Assembly: GCF_044324875.1 (NCBI RefSeq)
Contig: NZ_CP172185.1
Reading direction: 5' to 3' (one strand)
DNA from: Escherichia coli
GTDB lineage: Bacteria > Pseudomonadota > Gammaproteobacteria > Enterobacterales > Enterobacteriaceae
Length of the DNA: 64,000 bases
Positions 23,224 through 34,906 of this stretch are shown in pieces (the first letter of the stretch is position 1; each line of letters starts with the position of its first letter). The notes beneath the pieces are model-generated. The model saw only the letters and a list, made by a program, of their open reading frames with translations, made no database searches and had not been told where the DNA came from. The translations under genes and the position numbers were made by a program.

Positions 23224-26200
23224 TTAGTCATTTCGTTGACAGAAAACAGCTATCTCCTGGTCCAGCTCTGCAATGTGTTCTTTAACAGAGTTCAGCAGCT
23301 GAAGAATTTCAGGCTTACTGTCATCTGAAACAGGTGTTATTTCTAACTGATGGCTAATATTAATCAACTTTTGCAAATTCAGGATGTTAGCCGCACCGTG
23401 GATGCGATGAATACACTGATGGAAAGTTCTGTTGTCGCCAGCTTCTAGTGCATGAAACGCAGCGGGTAGATCTTTATGCGTTTCATGCTGGAAAGTCATG
23501 AGAATCTCCTGCATCAGTTGTAGATCGTTCGCCGTATTATTTTTCAGGGCCTCGATATCAAGGTGGCGATACTGAGGTGCAATAGGCGCAACCTGGTGTA
23601 ACTGACTTAAATGTGTTTTCAGTACATCCAGGGTCAACGGTTTGAACAAACATAAGTTCATGCCGCAATTTAACCCTTTTTCACGTTCGTTAGCCTGTGC
23701 GTTGGCTGTAAGCCCCCAGATGGGTAAGGAAGAATTTTGCTCACGGAGTTTGCGAGTCAACTCAAAACCATCCATATTCGGCATATTAACGTCAGTAATA
23801 AGCAGGTCATAATGTTGCATACTGACTTTGTGTAGCGCTTGCACACCATCAGTTGCTTCATCAACATCATATCCTAATAGGTTTAGCTGGCGTTTGAGTA
23901 ATAGCCTGTTGGTCGGATGATCATCCGCGATTAATATGCTCAACTTTTCAGGGAGTGTCATGGGTTGTTCTGCTTTTGCCTCGACAGTCGCCACTTGTTG
24001 GGTAATTTCTACCGGGATTGTGATCGTAAATGTCGTTCCTATGCCTGGATGACTTTCTAATGACAAATCGCCCTGCATGTTTTTAATTAATTCTTTGCAG
24101 ATCATTAAGCCTAAACCAGAACCTGTTTGCTGACGACCTGCACTTGTTTGGCTATAGCGTTTAAACAGTTGTTGTTGTTCTTCCTGTGATAATCCACTTC
24201 CAGAATCCATAATCGTCATTTTGATTACAGCGTGGTTGTCATCAATGTTAACCAGGGAGGTCGTAATTTTTACTGCCCCCTCGGTGGTAAATTTGAGAGC
24301 ATTGCTCAGTAAATTAGATAAGACCTGCTTAAACGCCTGAGGGTCGATCTTAACCAGGTAATGTTCAGGAAACGTACTGCTGCAACTTAATGCGATCGAT
24401 TTGCTTGCAGCAATCGCACCGAAAGAGTGACAAGTGTTCTGGACTAAAGTAGGGATATCGACCCATTGTGGTTGAAGTTGATAGTTACCCGACTCAATTT
24501 TGTCGACATCAAGGATTTCACCAATTAAGCCGAGGAGTGATTGTCCGGTGGCGTAGGCAAGTGAAATCGCCTCCACCCGTTGTTCCTTGCTAAGACCAGA
24601 ACCCGACAGAAGTTCCAGGAAGCCCATAATGGAGCTTATTGGTGTTCTTATTTCGTGACTCATTGTTGCCAGAAACTGACTTTTTGCGACAGTTGCATTG
24701 ATCGCTTTATTTCTCTCTACTTCGAGAGCGTGAATTAAATCACGCGTCTCGGTAATATCTTGCCAACCACAAATATAAACAGCATGATCGCTGGCTGGCA
24801 GATTGCATAATGTATGCCAGTGATTAATGCATCTTTTCTCGATGCCATTATCAATTTCAAATACCTGTGTGTATATTGTTCGATTTTCTTTCGTTTCTGC
24901 TGTGACTTCATGCGCATTAGAAAAAACATCTTTAAAGGGTGAGTCACTGTTTTCTAATGGTAACATTGCATTTTTGTAGTAATCCGCAGTGAAATAATGT
25001 TCAAAAGCACTATTATGACTAATGACATTACCTTGCCAGTTTACAACATAAGTTGGATTCGGTAAGGAATCCGAGAGTGCTTTTCGGAATGATATTTGGT
25101 TTTCTAAATCACCCTGAATGACTTTACGACGACGAACTGAGCGTAACAGGTAGAATCCCCATAAAAGGCTACTGCCAACTAATAAAACGGATAATGTCGT
25201 GACAATATAAAATTGCTCGCTATAGAGGTCCCATGTGTCAATGGTCACATTGGGCATTTTAATCCATTTTTCCGTCAGGCGCAGAACTTCGCTTGGGGGA
25301 ATTGCATTCAGTGCTTTATTAATAATATCCTTAAGTTCCGGTTCTCCGCGAGGAAAAGCGAACGAAAGCGATGCATTCGGAACGCCGGGAATAAGAAAAT
25401 GATAAAGTTCATTAGGATAGTAATGGTCGATCATGTAACGTGAATTTAACTGTGTCGCGACCAGAGCATCAAGTTCGCCTTCCTTGACCTTGTGAAATGC
25501 AGCGCTGGCGTTATCGACTTTTATCCACTCTACCTCCGGATACATCTCTTTTAATTGCGAATGAAGCTCATAATAATAGGGAATGGCAACTTTCATTCCT
25601 TTTTTTAATGTTTGTTCACTGTCAGGCGCTTTTTGCATGACAAAAACGTAAGGCGTTGTTATGAAGGCTTCAGCAAATAAAACATTATTTTCTCTATCTT
25701 CACTATAAATAGCGGCGGGCAATATATCCCATCCACCGGGGTTAAGCTGTGTCCCCGCATGAATATTGTGTGAAACGGTGATCGGAGAAAAATTTAAACC
25801 TGTTTGCAAGGTAATAATATTAAGAATATCACCCATCACGCCCCGAACTGAGCCAGTTTCATCTGTCATAGAATAGGGTGGCGAGTAAGGATTTTCCAGC
25901 ACCTTTAAATCGGGATGCTGCTTAATCCACTGTTTTTCATGTTCAGTGAGTTCTAATGGTTTGTTCAGAAAGGCCAGGTTTCCTGTATCAAGCCAATTTT
26001 GTGATACTTCATAGCGAACTTCATTTGTTAAAGCATCAACAAATCGATTGAGTACTTCATTAAGAACGACTGAATCTTTTCTGGTTAAGAAAAAGTTATA
26101 TTGACGCGGCGAGTTATAATATTTCACTACATTTAAGGAGTGAGTGAAATAGCGGGAAATCATACTGCTGGTAATAATGTTACTACCAATAAAGTAATCA

Positions 26201-26817
26201 TTCTGTCCGGCTGAGACGGATGCTAATGCCTGATATAAATTTGTAAAAGAGATAATTGTTGCTTTTGGAAATGATTGATGAATTACCTCATCTGGAGGGT
26301 AATTTGCTACCCGAGCAATATTTACTGGTTTTGATGAGGTAAGCGGTCTCATTGAATCGTGAAGGGTGGTGACCAGCGCCGGAAAGGTAATTATCAGCGG
26401 TTTGGTTGCAGCAATGTCATCATTAAGAGGCGGCGAAGCAACTAAATGTGATAACACTATATCGACTTCCCCTTCTGTAAGCGCGTCCATTGCTTTTTGA
26501 TGATCTGCGTATTCCCGGAGTGTTAATTTGATATTTAACGCTCTTTTTAAAAGATTTAAATAATCAGCATTAATACCACGAACCCGTTGCTGCGAATCGG
26601 TATGCAACAAAGTAGCCGTTTGGGACTTGTGTACTGCAATCACAAGATTTTTTTTGCTCGCTAACCAACGTAATTCCTTGTTGCTCAGACGTAGTGGATC
26701 AAGCGTGACACGGTTGTTACTACTGATGCCACGATATTCGATGTAATCTTCGTCTGCGAAACTTATGGTCGACCAAAGACCACAACAGAGAAGAATAATA
26801 TAGGGTAAAAACTTCAT
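23224..26817 (-). CDS. evgS: Hybrid sensor histidine kinase EvgS
   Basis: 1197-aa ORF: two periplasmic binding-protein-like domains, HisKA/ATPase, receiver and HPt domains; adjacent to evgA. Confidence 0.95.
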   Translation of the reverse strand: MKFLPYIILLCCGLWSTISFADEDYIEYRGISSNNRVTLDPLRLSNKELRWLASKKNLVIAVHKSQTATLLHTDSQQRVRGINADYLNLLKRALNIKLTLREYADHQKAMDALTEGEVDIVLSHLVASPPLNDDIAATKPLIITFPALVTTLHDSMRPLTSSKPVNIARVANYPPDEVIHQSFPKATIISFTNLYQALASVSAGQNDYFIGSNIITSSMISRYFTHSLNVVKYYNSPRQYNFFLTRKDSVVLNEVLNRFVDALTNEVRYEVSQNWLDTGNLAFLNKPLELTEHEKQWIKQHPDLKVLENPYSPPYSMTDETGSVRGVMGDILNIITLQTGLNFSPITVSHNIHAGTQLNPGGWDILPAAIYSEDRENNVLFAEAFITTPYVFVMQKAPDSEQTLKKGMKVAIPYYYELHSQLKEMYPEVEWIKVDNASAAFHKVKEGELDALVATQLNSRYMIDHYYPNELYHFLIPGVPNASLSFAFPRGEPELKDIINKALNAIPPSEVLRLTEKWIKMPNVTIDTWDLYSEQFYIVTTLSVLLVGSSLLWGFYLLRSVRRRKVIQGDLENQISFRKALSDSLPNPTYVVNWQGNVISHNSAFEHYFTADYYKNAMLPLENSDSPFKDVFSNAHEVTAETKENRTIYTQVFEIDNGIEKRCINHWHTLCNLPASDHAVYICGWQDITETRDLIHALEVERNKAINATVAKSQFLATMSHEIRTPISSIMGFLELLSGSGLSKEQRVEAISLAYATGQSLLGLIGEILDVDKIESGNYQLQPQWVDIPTLVQNTCHSFGAIAASKSIALSCSSTFPEHYLVKIDPQAFKQVLSNLLSNALKFTTEGAVKITTSLVNIDDNHAVIKMTIMDSGSGLSQEEQQQLFKRYSQTSAGRQQTGSGLGLMICKELIKNMQGDLSLESHPGIGTTFTITIPVEITQQVATVEAKAEQPMTLPEKLSILIADDHPTNRLLLKRQLNLLGYDVDEATDGVQALHKVSMQHYDLLITDVNMPNMDGFELTRKLREQNSSLPIWGLTANAQANEREKGLNCGMNLCLFKPLTLDVLKTHLSQLHQVAPIAPQYRHLDIEALKNNTANDLQLMQEILMTFQHETHKDLPAAFHALEAGDNRTFHQCIHRIHGAANILNLQKLINISHQLEITPVSDDSKPEILQLLNSVKEHIAELDQEIAVFCQRND

Positions 26818-26821
26818 GTGG

Positions 26822-27436
26822 TTAGCCGATTTTGTTACGTTGTGCGAATGTGTAAAGATCCATCAGTGATTTACATTCTAATTTTTCCATCAGGCGACTT
26901 TTATAAGTGCTGACAGTTTTGTTGCTGATGAACATTTTTTCCGCAATGTCATTATTATCCTTGCCATCAAGAATATATCGCATGACACTAATTTCTTGTT
27001 TCGATAAGGAGTCGAGTTTTTGCTGGTCGGACGTTAAACTTCCAACAAACCGGTTGAGAGAGAAGGGGAAATAGCAGTAGCCATTTTTTGCAGCTTCAAT
27101 AGCCGCAATGATATTGTTCATGCCTTCTTTTTTACTCACGAAACCATTAGCGCCAGCATCAGCACAATGTTTCCCGTAAAAATGGTCATTTTTAGCGGAG
27201 ACGATAATAATAATTCCGCTATATTGGCGCTTCCTCAGCGTTTCTAACACCTGGATACCGTTAACTCCGGGGATATCGACATCAATGATGACGATATCAG
27301 GTTTAAGTGTTTCCACCCGCTGAACGGCACTTCCCCCTTCAGTCAACTCCGCTAAGATTTCAATATCGTTTTTGATCAATAAATTACGAATTGCTGCGAT
27401 AGCAAGAGGATGGTCATCAATAATTATTGCGTTCAT
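26822..27436 (-). CDS. evgA: Response regulator EvgA (NarL/LuxR family)
   Basis: 204-aa ORF with receiver domain and C-terminal LuxR-type HTH; synteny. Confidence 0.95.
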   Translation of the reverse strand: MNAIIIDDHPLAIAAIRNLLIKNDIEILAELTEGGSAVQRVETLKPDIVIIDVDIPGVNGIQVLETLRKRQYSGIIIIVSAKNDHFYGKHCADAGANGFVSKKEGMNNIIAAIEAAKNGYCYFPFSLNRFVGSLTSDQQKLDSLSKQEISVMRYILDGKDNNDIAEKMFISNKTVSTYKSRLMEKLECKSLMDLYTFAQRNKIG

Positions 27437-27660
27437 AGATTATTCCCTTTGCAATGAAGCATCTCCCTTCTCCCTGTAGTAATACAGACATAAGGCATCA
27501 TCTCATTTTCTCAATAAAAATAAGAAAATTTGAGCTTCCTTTAAGATAATTCGACAAGTATACCATATAAATAGTCGGCATAAATGAAATGTCAACAATA
27601 AAATCAGGGATTGTACCGATGATTTATAGTTTCACATTAGCACTATAAGTCTTCTCACTA

Positions 27661-27678
27661 ATCCTACAGGCGTAAGAA
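27661..27678. promoter_or_regulatory. EvgA-box-like inverted repeat in the evgA-emrK divergent intergenic region
   Basis: atcctacaGGcgtaagaa, two mismatches to the recalled EvgA consensus. Confidence 0.4.
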
Positions 27679-27851
27679 TTGTATTGCAAAAGCCACGGTT
27701 TAGTCCTCTGTTGTTTTTTTTGCACCTCATTTAAATTAGGCCTCCAACGTTCCTGGGACAATGTGCAACACATGCACTGTGTTTGATATGAAGCATGAAT
27801 ACTCTTTTCATTCAATTCATAAATTTCATCTATGCGAAATGAGAGATAATA

Positions 27852-29015
27852 GTGGAACAGATTAATTCAAATAAAAAACATTCTAACAGAAGAAAATACT
27901 TTTCTTTATTGGCGGTAGTTTTATTTATTGCGTTTTCAGGTGCCTATGCCTATTGGTCAATGGAATTAGAAGACATGATTAGTACAGATGACGCCTATGT
28001 CACGGGGAATGCAGATCCAATTTCTGCACAAGTTTCAGGCAGCGTCACTGTCGTTAATCATAAAGATACGAACTACGTTCGACAGGGTGACATTTTAGTC
28101 TCACTGGATAAGACTGATGCCACTATCGCACTCAATAAAGCTAAAAATAATCTGGCCAATATTGTTCGGCAAACGAATAAACTGTACTTACAGGATAAAC
28201 AATACAGTGCCGAAGTCGCTTCAGCACGTATTCAGTATCAACAATCTTTAGAAGATTATAACCGTCGTGTACCTTTAGCGAAGCAGGGGGTTATTTCAAA
28301 AGAAACGCTGGAGCATACCAAAGATACGTTAATAAGTAGCAAAGCGGCATTGAATGCTGCTATTCAGGCTTATAAAGCGAATAAAGCTTTAGTAATGAAC
28401 ACACCATTAAACCGTCAGCCACAAGTCGTTGAAGCGGCGGATGCAACCAAAGAAGCCTGGTTGGCGCTTAAACGTACGGATATTAAGAGTCCGGTTACCG
28501 GCTATATTGCCCAGCGAAGTGTTCAGGTCGGCGAAACAGTGAGTCCCGGACAATCGTTAATGGCTGTCGTACCGGCACGTCAAATGTGGGTTAATGCTAA
28601 CTTTAAAGAAACACAACTCACGGATGTACGGATTGGTCAATCGGTCAATATTATCAGCGATCTTTATGGTGAAAATGTTGTGTTTCATGGTCGGGTGACA
28701 GGGATCAATATGGGAACCGGCAATGCGTTCTCCTTATTACCTGCACAAAATGCGACAGGGAATTGGATCAAAATCGTTCAGCGTGTACCGGTTGAGGTTT
28801 CTCTTGATCCAAAAGAACTCATGGAACATCCCTTGCGTATTGGTTTATCGATGACTGCAACTATTGATACCAGGAACGAAGACATTGCCGATATGCCCGA
28901 TCTGGCTTCAACCGTGACGTCCATGCCTGCTTATACCAGTAAGGCTTTAGTTATCGATACCAGTCCGATAGAAAAAGAAATTAGCAACATTATTTCGCAT
29001 AATGGACAACTTTAA
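27852..29015 (+). CDS. emrK: Multidrug efflux membrane fusion protein EmrK
   Basis: 387-aa HlyD-family ORF; start-stop overlap with emrY. Confidence 0.92.
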   Translation: MEQINSNKKHSNRRKYFSLLAVVLFIAFSGAYAYWSMELEDMISTDDAYVTGNADPISAQVSGSVTVVNHKDTNYVRQGDILVSLDKTDATIALNKAKNNLANIVRQTNKLYLQDKQYSAEVASARIQYQQSLEDYNRRVPLAKQGVISKETLEHTKDTLISSKAALNAAIQAYKANKALVMNTPLNRQPQVVEAADATKEAWLALKRTDIKSPVTGYIAQRSVQVGETVSPGQSLMAVVPARQMWVNANFKETQLTDVRIGQSVNIISDLYGENVVFHGRVTGINMGTGNAFSLLPAQNATGNWIKIVQRVPVEVSLDPKELMEHPLRIGLSMTATIDTRNEDIADMPDLASTVTSMPAYTSKALVIDTSPIEKEISNIISHNGQL

Positions 29016-30553
29016 TGGCAATCACTAAATCAACTCCGGCACCATTAACCGGTGGGACGTTATGGTGCGTCACTATTGCATTGTCATTAGCGACGTTTAT
29101 GCAAATGTTGGATTCCACTATTTCTAACGTCGCAATACCGACAATATCTGGCTTTCTGGGAGCATCAACAGACGAAGGCACCTGGGTTATCACTTCGTTT
29201 GGTGTAGCAAATGCCATTGCGATCCCTGTTACCGGCAGGTTGGCACAAAGAATAGGCGAATTAAGATTATTTTTACTTTCAGTAACCTTTTTTTCGCTAT
29301 CTTCATTAATGTGTAGCCTATCGACCAATCTTGATGTGCTGATATTTTTTAGAGTCGTTCAGGGGTTAATGGCGGGGCCGTTAATTCCACTGTCACAGAG
29401 TTTATTATTAAGGAATTATCCGCCAGAAAAAAGAACATTTGCTCTGGCATTATGGTCTATGACCGTGATTATCGCTCCGATATGTGGGCCGATATTGGGC
29501 GGTTATATTTGTGATAACTTTAGCTGGGGTTGGATATTTTTAATCAATGTCCCTATGGGGATTATCGTCCTGACATTATGCTTAACCTTACTTAAAGGAA
29601 GAGAAACTGAGACTTCACCGGTCAAAATGAATCTGCCAGGACTGACCCTGTTAGTGCTCGGTGTTGGTGGCTTGCAAATTATGCTTGATAAAGGGCGCGA
29701 TCTGGATTGGTTCAACTCGAGTACAATAATAATACTAACAGTAGTGTCAGTTATTTCTCTGATTTCTTTAGTCATTTGGGAGTCGACCTCAGAGAATCCG
29801 ATTCTTGATCTCAGTTTGTTTAAGTCCCGTAATTTCACCATTGGTATTGTGAGTATCACATGCGCATATTTATTTTACTCTGGGGCGATAGTCCTTATGC
29901 CGCAGTTACTCCAGGAAACGATGGGGTATAATGCGATATGGGCCGGACTTGCCTATGCGCCCATCGGCATCATGCCGCTATTAATATCACCTTTGATAGG
30001 ACGTTATGGCAACAAAATTGATATGCGGTTGTTGGTGACATTTAGTTTTTTAATGTATGCGGTTTGCTATTACTGGCGTTCTGTGACATTTATGCCAACG
30101 ATTGATTTTACAGGCATCATTTTGCCACAGTTTTTTCAGGGATTCGCCGTCGCCTGTTTCTTTTTACCCTTAACAACGATTTCGTTTTCAGGCTTGCCAG
30201 ATAATAAATTTGCCAATGCCTCGAGTATGAGTAATTTTTTTCGTACCTTGTCAGGATCAGTTGGTACGTCGTTGACAATGACGCTGTGGGGACGACGAGA
30301 ATCATTACACCATAGTCAGTTGACAGCAACCATCGATCAATTTAACCCCGTGTTTAATTCATCGTCACAAATTATGGATAAATATTATGGTTCGCTTTCA
30401 GGGGGTCTTAATGAAATTAATAATGAAATAACTCAGCAGTCACTTTCAATTTCTGCAAATGAGATTTTCCGTATGGCGGCTATTGCTTTTATCTTACTTA
30501 CAGTTTTGGTTTGGTTTGCGAAACCGCCGTTTACAGCGAAAGGTGTTGGGTGA
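29015..30553 (+). CDS. emrY: MFS multidrug efflux pump EmrY
   Basis: 512-aa 14-TM MFS ORF. Confidence 0.92.
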   Translation: MAITKSTPAPLTGGTLWCVTIALSLATFMQMLDSTISNVAIPTISGFLGASTDEGTWVITSFGVANAIAIPVTGRLAQRIGELRLFLLSVTFFSLSSLMCSLSTNLDVLIFFRVVQGLMAGPLIPLSQSLLLRNYPPEKRTFALALWSMTVIIAPICGPILGGYICDNFSWGWIFLINVPMGIIVLTLCLTLLKGRETETSPVKMNLPGLTLLVLGVGGLQIMLDKGRDLDWFNSSTIIILTVVSVISLISLVIWESTSENPILDLSLFKSRNFTIGIVSITCAYLFYSGAIVLMPQLLQETMGYNAIWAGLAYAPIGIMPLLISPLIGRYGNKIDMRLLVTFSFLMYAVCYYWRSVTFMPTIDFTGIILPQFFQGFAVACFFLPLTTISFSGLPDNKFANASSMSNFFRTLSGSVGTSLTMTLWGRRESLHHSQLTATIDQFNPVFNSSSQIMDKYYGSLSGGLNEINNEITQQSLSISANEIFRMAAIAFILLTVLVWFAKPPFTAKGVG

Positions 30554-30661
30554 TGGTAAAAAGAGAGAGCTATAGCAGGTAAGACGGTAGAATCTTAAGC
30601 CTGCGCCATCGGCAGCATCGCTCACCCAGGGAAAGGATGGCGATGCTGCATTGAAAATTAA

Positions 30662-31990
30662 TTAGCGGCCTTTTGCCAGATATTGCTCCATCTCTTCTTC
30701 CGGCACCATTCCACCTCCCGTCGCCCACACCAGATGAGTGGCATTATGCAGTTGTTCTGCGCTGAAACCGTGCATCTGTTGGTAACTTACTGATGCGCAC
30801 ACGCGCTGAGGCCCGGCCATACCCGCCAGTGCCGAAGGTTCAAGACGAATACCTTCTTCCTGCGCCAGCCAGCCAAGCATGTCATACATGGTTTGATCGC
30901 TAAGGGTATAGAAGCCATCCAGTAGACGCTCCATTGCCCGCCCGACAAAGCCTGATGCGCGACCAACTGCAAGGCCATCCGCTGCGGTAAGGTTGTCGAT
31001 ACCAATATCCTGAACAGAAATCTGATCGTGTAATCCTGTATGGACGCCTAACAGCATACAAGGGGAGTGCGTTGGTTCGGCAAAAAAGCAGTGAACATGA
31101 TCGCCAAATGCCAGTTTAAGCCCGAATGCGACGCCACCAGGACCACCGCCAACACCACACGGCAGATAGACAAACAGAGGGTTATCAGCATCGACGATAC
31201 GACCTTGCTCGGCAAATTGCGCTTTAAGACGCTGGCCAGCGACGGAATACCCAAGGAACAATGTGCGGGAATTCTCGTCATCAATAAAGAAACAGTTCGG
31301 GTCAGACTGCGCTGCTTTACGTCCTTCCTCGACGGCAACACCATAATCTTGCTCATATTCCACGACCGTAACGCCATGGCTGCGCAGTTTCGCTTTTTTC
31401 CATGCCCGGGCATCAGCAGACATATGCACTGTCACCTTAAAGCCAATGCGGGCGCTCATTATGCCGATTGATAACCCCAGATTTCCGGTTGAGCCCACAG
31501 CAATGCTGTATTGACTAAAGAACTGTTTAAACTCCGGGGAAAGCAGTTTGCTGTAGTCATCTTCAGGCGTCAGCAACCCCGCTTCCAGAGCCAGTTTTTC
31601 TGCATGTGCCAGGACTTCATAAATCCCGCCGCGTGCTTTTATGGAGCCGGAAATAGGCAAATGGCTATCTTTTTTCAGTAACAGTTGCCCGCTGATCGGT
31701 TGTTGATATTCCTTTTCCAGCCGTTTTTGCATAGTCGGAATGGCAACCAGTTCTGATTCAATAATCCCCCCAGTAGCAGCAGTTTCAGGAAATGCTTTTG
31801 CCAGATAGGGTGCAAAACGAGATAAGCGCGCATGGGCGTCCTGAACATCCTGTTCGGTCAGGCCAACATAAGGTAAACCTTCAGCCAATGAGGTCGTGCC
31901 AGGATTAAACCAGGTGGTTTCTTTAAGAGCAACCAGATCCTTTACCAACGGATACTGGGCGATGAGCGAGTTCATTTTAGCGTTTTCCAT
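30662..31990 (-). CDS. dsdA: D-serine ammonia-lyase (dehydratase)
   Basis: 442-aa PLP-dependent ORF (SGSIKARGG motif). Confidence 0.95.
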   Translation of the reverse strand: MENAKMNSLIAQYPLVKDLVALKETTWFNPGTTSLAEGLPYVGLTEQDVQDAHARLSRFAPYLAKAFPETAATGGIIESELVAIPTMQKRLEKEYQQPISGQLLLKKDSHLPISGSIKARGGIYEVLAHAEKLALEAGLLTPEDDYSKLLSPEFKQFFSQYSIAVGSTGNLGLSIGIMSARIGFKVTVHMSADARAWKKAKLRSHGVTVVEYEQDYGVAVEEGRKAAQSDPNCFFIDDENSRTLFLGYSVAGQRLKAQFAEQGRIVDADNPLFVYLPCGVGGGPGGVAFGLKLAFGDHVHCFFAEPTHSPCMLLGVHTGLHDQISVQDIGIDNLTAADGLAVGRASGFVGRAMERLLDGFYTLSDQTMYDMLGWLAQEEGIRLEPSALAGMAGPQRVCASVSYQQMHGFSAEQLHNATHLVWATGGGMVPEEEMEQYLAKGR

Positions 31991-32007
31991 AGTACGTCTC
32001 TTTGCGC

Positions 32008-33345
32008 TTAGATGATAAATGACAGCAGGAATGTGCCCGCCAGAGCGACGACTGAAGCGATAAATGTCGCTGTCGTATAGTATTTAAATGTTTCATTGAG
32101 CGTAGCGCCGCAATATTGCTTCACCAGCCAGAAAAGCGAGTCCGTAACGATCGTGCAGCCAATCGCACCTGAACCGATAGCAATCGCAATAATTTCCGGG
32201 CTGATGTCGGGATACAGCGGCAGCATGGGTGCAACAATTGCCGTTGCCCCCATCATTGCCACTGTAGCGGAGCCCACTGCAGCATGCAGAATAAGAGCCA
32301 CTAACCAGGCCAGAAGAATCGGGTGCATATGCATATTAGAGAGAATAACTGCCAGCGTATCAGCGAGACTGCTGCTTTTTAAAATGGCGTTGAATGCGCC
32401 TCCGGCCCCGATAATCAGCAAAATATTAGCAATAGAACCGAAGCCATTTTCCGTATGTGTGAGCATCGTCCCCATGCTCATATGTTGACGTATACCCAAC
32501 ACATAATAGGCGACAAATACGGCGATAAACATGGCAGTGATAGGGTTGCCAATAAACTCAAGCAAGGTATACAAACCACTCTCACGCGCCATATTCAATT
32601 CGGCAATCGTTTTCACCAACATCAGCGCAATGGGCAGCAGTACGGTGAATAACGTTGCGCCTAATGACGGTAGTGTTTTTTCATCGCGAACTTTGAGATC
32701 GGCAAACTCTGTGGGTACAGGCTTAAAGGGCAGTCGTTGACCCAGAAATTTAAGGAAAAGCGGGCCACCGATCAGTGATGCCATCAGCCCAACCAGCAAA
32801 CCGTAGACGATCACCGAACCGATATCTGCGCCCAGCTTATTGGCAACATATAAAGCAGCCGGATGTGGAGGAACCACGCAGTGCACTGCCATCAATGCGG
32901 TACACAGCGGAATGGCCAGCTTTAACAATGAGGTATTGGTTTTTTTGGCAATTGAAAAAGCCAGAGGAATCAATAGTACGACGCCCACTTCAACAAACAG
33001 CGTGATGCCGCAAATCAGGCCAACCAGCACCATAATGACATCAGCCGAAAGCCAGCGGCAGCGCTGAAGTGTCAGACCAATTCTTTCTGCGGCACCGGAT
33101 ACTTCCATCATTTTTCCCAGTATCGTGCCAAGGCCGATAACCGCAGCGAGGAAACCCAGCGTTCCGCCAATTCCACTTTCAATAGCATTTACCATATCCA
33201 GTGGTCCCATACCCATCATCGTTCCCACGAAGAAGCTGGCCAGCAACAGCGCCAGAAACGGGTGGAATTTGAACTTCACGATGGTCAGTACAATTAACAC
33301 GATGCTGATAAGCAGCGTGCTCACAACCCAGATTTGAGAGTGCAT
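32008..33345 (-). CDS. dsdX: D-serine/gluconate-family permease DsdX
   Basis: 445-aa GntP-family membrane ORF. Confidence 0.93.
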   Translation of the reverse strand: MHSQIWVVSTLLISIVLIVLTIVKFKFHPFLALLLASFFVGTMMGMGPLDMVNAIESGIGGTLGFLAAVIGLGTILGKMMEVSGAAERIGLTLQRCRWLSADVIMVLVGLICGITLFVEVGVVLLIPLAFSIAKKTNTSLLKLAIPLCTALMAVHCVVPPHPAALYVANKLGADIGSVIVYGLLVGLMASLIGGPLFLKFLGQRLPFKPVPTEFADLKVRDEKTLPSLGATLFTVLLPIALMLVKTIAELNMARESGLYTLLEFIGNPITAMFIAVFVAYYVLGIRQHMSMGTMLTHTENGFGSIANILLIIGAGGAFNAILKSSSLADTLAVILSNMHMHPILLAWLVALILHAAVGSATVAMMGATAIVAPMLPLYPDISPEIIAIAIGSGAIGCTIVTDSLFWLVKQYCGATLNETFKYYTTATFIASVVALAGTFLLSFII

Positions 33346-33562
33346 ATCTCACCTTCCCCTGTGATTAACCTGATGATATTGGACAAAAAAACAACGCAGG
33401 CTGACAAACGATAAAATTTGCCTTTCACATGAGATAAATTGCAGCAAAGGAGTGATTTACATCTAAAAATGAAGGTGAATTGAGATATGGTTCACTTTAG
33501 CTCACCTTACAGCTGAAATTTTGCCGCTATTTTTTTACACTTAAAATAAAAATGAGGTGATT

Positions 33563-34510
33563 ATGGAACCCCTTCGTGAAATAAGAAATCGACTGCTTAA
33601 CGGCTGGCAACTATCAAAAATGCATACTTTTGAAGTGGCTGCCAGGCATCAGTCCTTCGCCCTGGCGGCAGAGGAGTTGTCGCTGAGCCCCAGTGCGGTA
33701 AGTCACCGTATCAATCAGCTGGAAGAAGAATTGGGTATTCAGTTGTTTGTCCGTTCCCATCGCAAAGTGGAATTAACGCACGAAGGGAAACGCGTTTATT
33801 GGGCGCTAAAATCGTCGCTGGATACCCTGAACCAGGAAATTCTTGATATCAAAAATCAGGAGTTATCGGGAACGTTAACTCTGTACTCCCGACCCTCTAT
33901 CGCCCAATGCTGGTTGGTGCCTGCATTAGGTGACTTTACACGCCGCTATCCGTCTATTTCGCTCACCGTGCTCACTGGTAATGACAATGTCAATTTGCAA
34001 CGTGCCGGAATCGATTTGGCGATCTACTTTGATGACGCGCCGTCAGCGCAACTGACTCATCACTTTCTGATGGATGAAGAAATCCTGCCAGTATGTAGTC
34101 CGGAATACGCTCAAAGACATGCTTTAACCAATACTGTAATTAACCTGCGTCACTGTACGTTGCTCCATGACAGACAGGCATGGAGCAACGACTCCGGAAC
34201 GGATGAATGGCATAGTTGGGCGCAACATTATGCGGTTAATTTGCCGACATCTTCAGGAATTGGCTTTGATCGTTCTGATTTAGCTGTTATCGCCGCAATG
34301 AATCATGTTGGGGTGGCGATGGGAAGAAAACGCCTGGTACAAAAAAGGCTTGCCAGTGGTGAGCTCGTTGCACCGTTTGGCGATATGACGGTGAAATGCC
34401 ATCAGCATTATTACATCACCACATTACCGGGCAGGCAGTGGCCAAAAATTGAAGCGTTTATTACCTGGTTAAGAGAACAGGTAAGTCAATATGAATGTTA
34501 TACCTTATAA
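33563..34510 (+). CDS. dsdC: LysR-family activator of dsdXA
   Basis: Start MEPLREIRNRLLNGWQLSKMHTFEV (track ORF begins 2 codons upstream); LysR HTH and divergent arrangement with dsdX. Confidence 0.92.
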   Translation: MEPLREIRNRLLNGWQLSKMHTFEVAARHQSFALAAEELSLSPSAVSHRINQLEEELGIQLFVRSHRKVELTHEGKRVYWALKSSLDTLNQEILDIKNQELSGTLTLYSRPSIAQCWLVPALGDFTRRYPSISLTVLTGNDNVNLQRAGIDLAIYFDDAPSAQLTHHFLMDEEILPVCSPEYAQRHALTNTVINLRHCTLLHDRQAWSNDSGTDEWHSWAQHYAVNLPTSSGIGFDRSDLAVIAAMNHVGVAMGRKRLVQKRLASGELVAPFGDMTVKCHQHYYITTLPGRQWPKIEAFITWLREQVSQYECYTL

Positions 34511-34868
34511 TACATTAAATCATCTGGTTCCTAAATAACCTTATTATGCACTATAAGTGTATGTTGGCTTTATAAATTGCGATTTTTATATGGGAATTGT
34601 TTTGTCAATAGTTACGAAAATGATAAATAAAATAACCACATCTTCTTGGCGTCGAATATTGGAGAGCGATAATTCATAGTAAACTATGATTACCAGAGAA
34701 AAGATAAGTGGCAATATATTTGCTGGTGGCATTTTTATTAAATATTATGTGTGTTGGTTTGTGACTTTAAAAAAATTAATTTTTTAATAAAAAGGTGATT
34801 TGTTTCTCATTTTGATTAATATTGAGGATCCATTATGATTATCAGTTGTATGTCATAAAAATGAGGGG

Positions 34869-34898
34869 CTAAAGGCCTCAATGAATTGAGGCCTTTAG
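34869..34898 (-). terminator. Strong hairpin immediately 3' of the recombinase gene
   Basis: 13-bp perfect stem ctaaaggcctcaa/ttgaggcctttag with tgaa loop, followed on the minus strand by a T-containing tract. Confidence 0.5.
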
Positions 34899-34906
34899 AA
34901 CAGGGG

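Noticed and set aside
23224-26817. Short ORFs embedded in evgS and other core genes (for example 24735..24947, 25213..25443, 1868..2704 opposite glk)
   Set aside because: Overlap long, well-supported genes in other frames or strands; no independent support.
30612-30650. Long-loop inverted repeat between emrY and dsdA as a terminator
   Set aside because: Stem is present (gcagcatcgc/gcgatgctgc) but the loop is about 18 nt and neither strand has a following U-tract; too weak to call.
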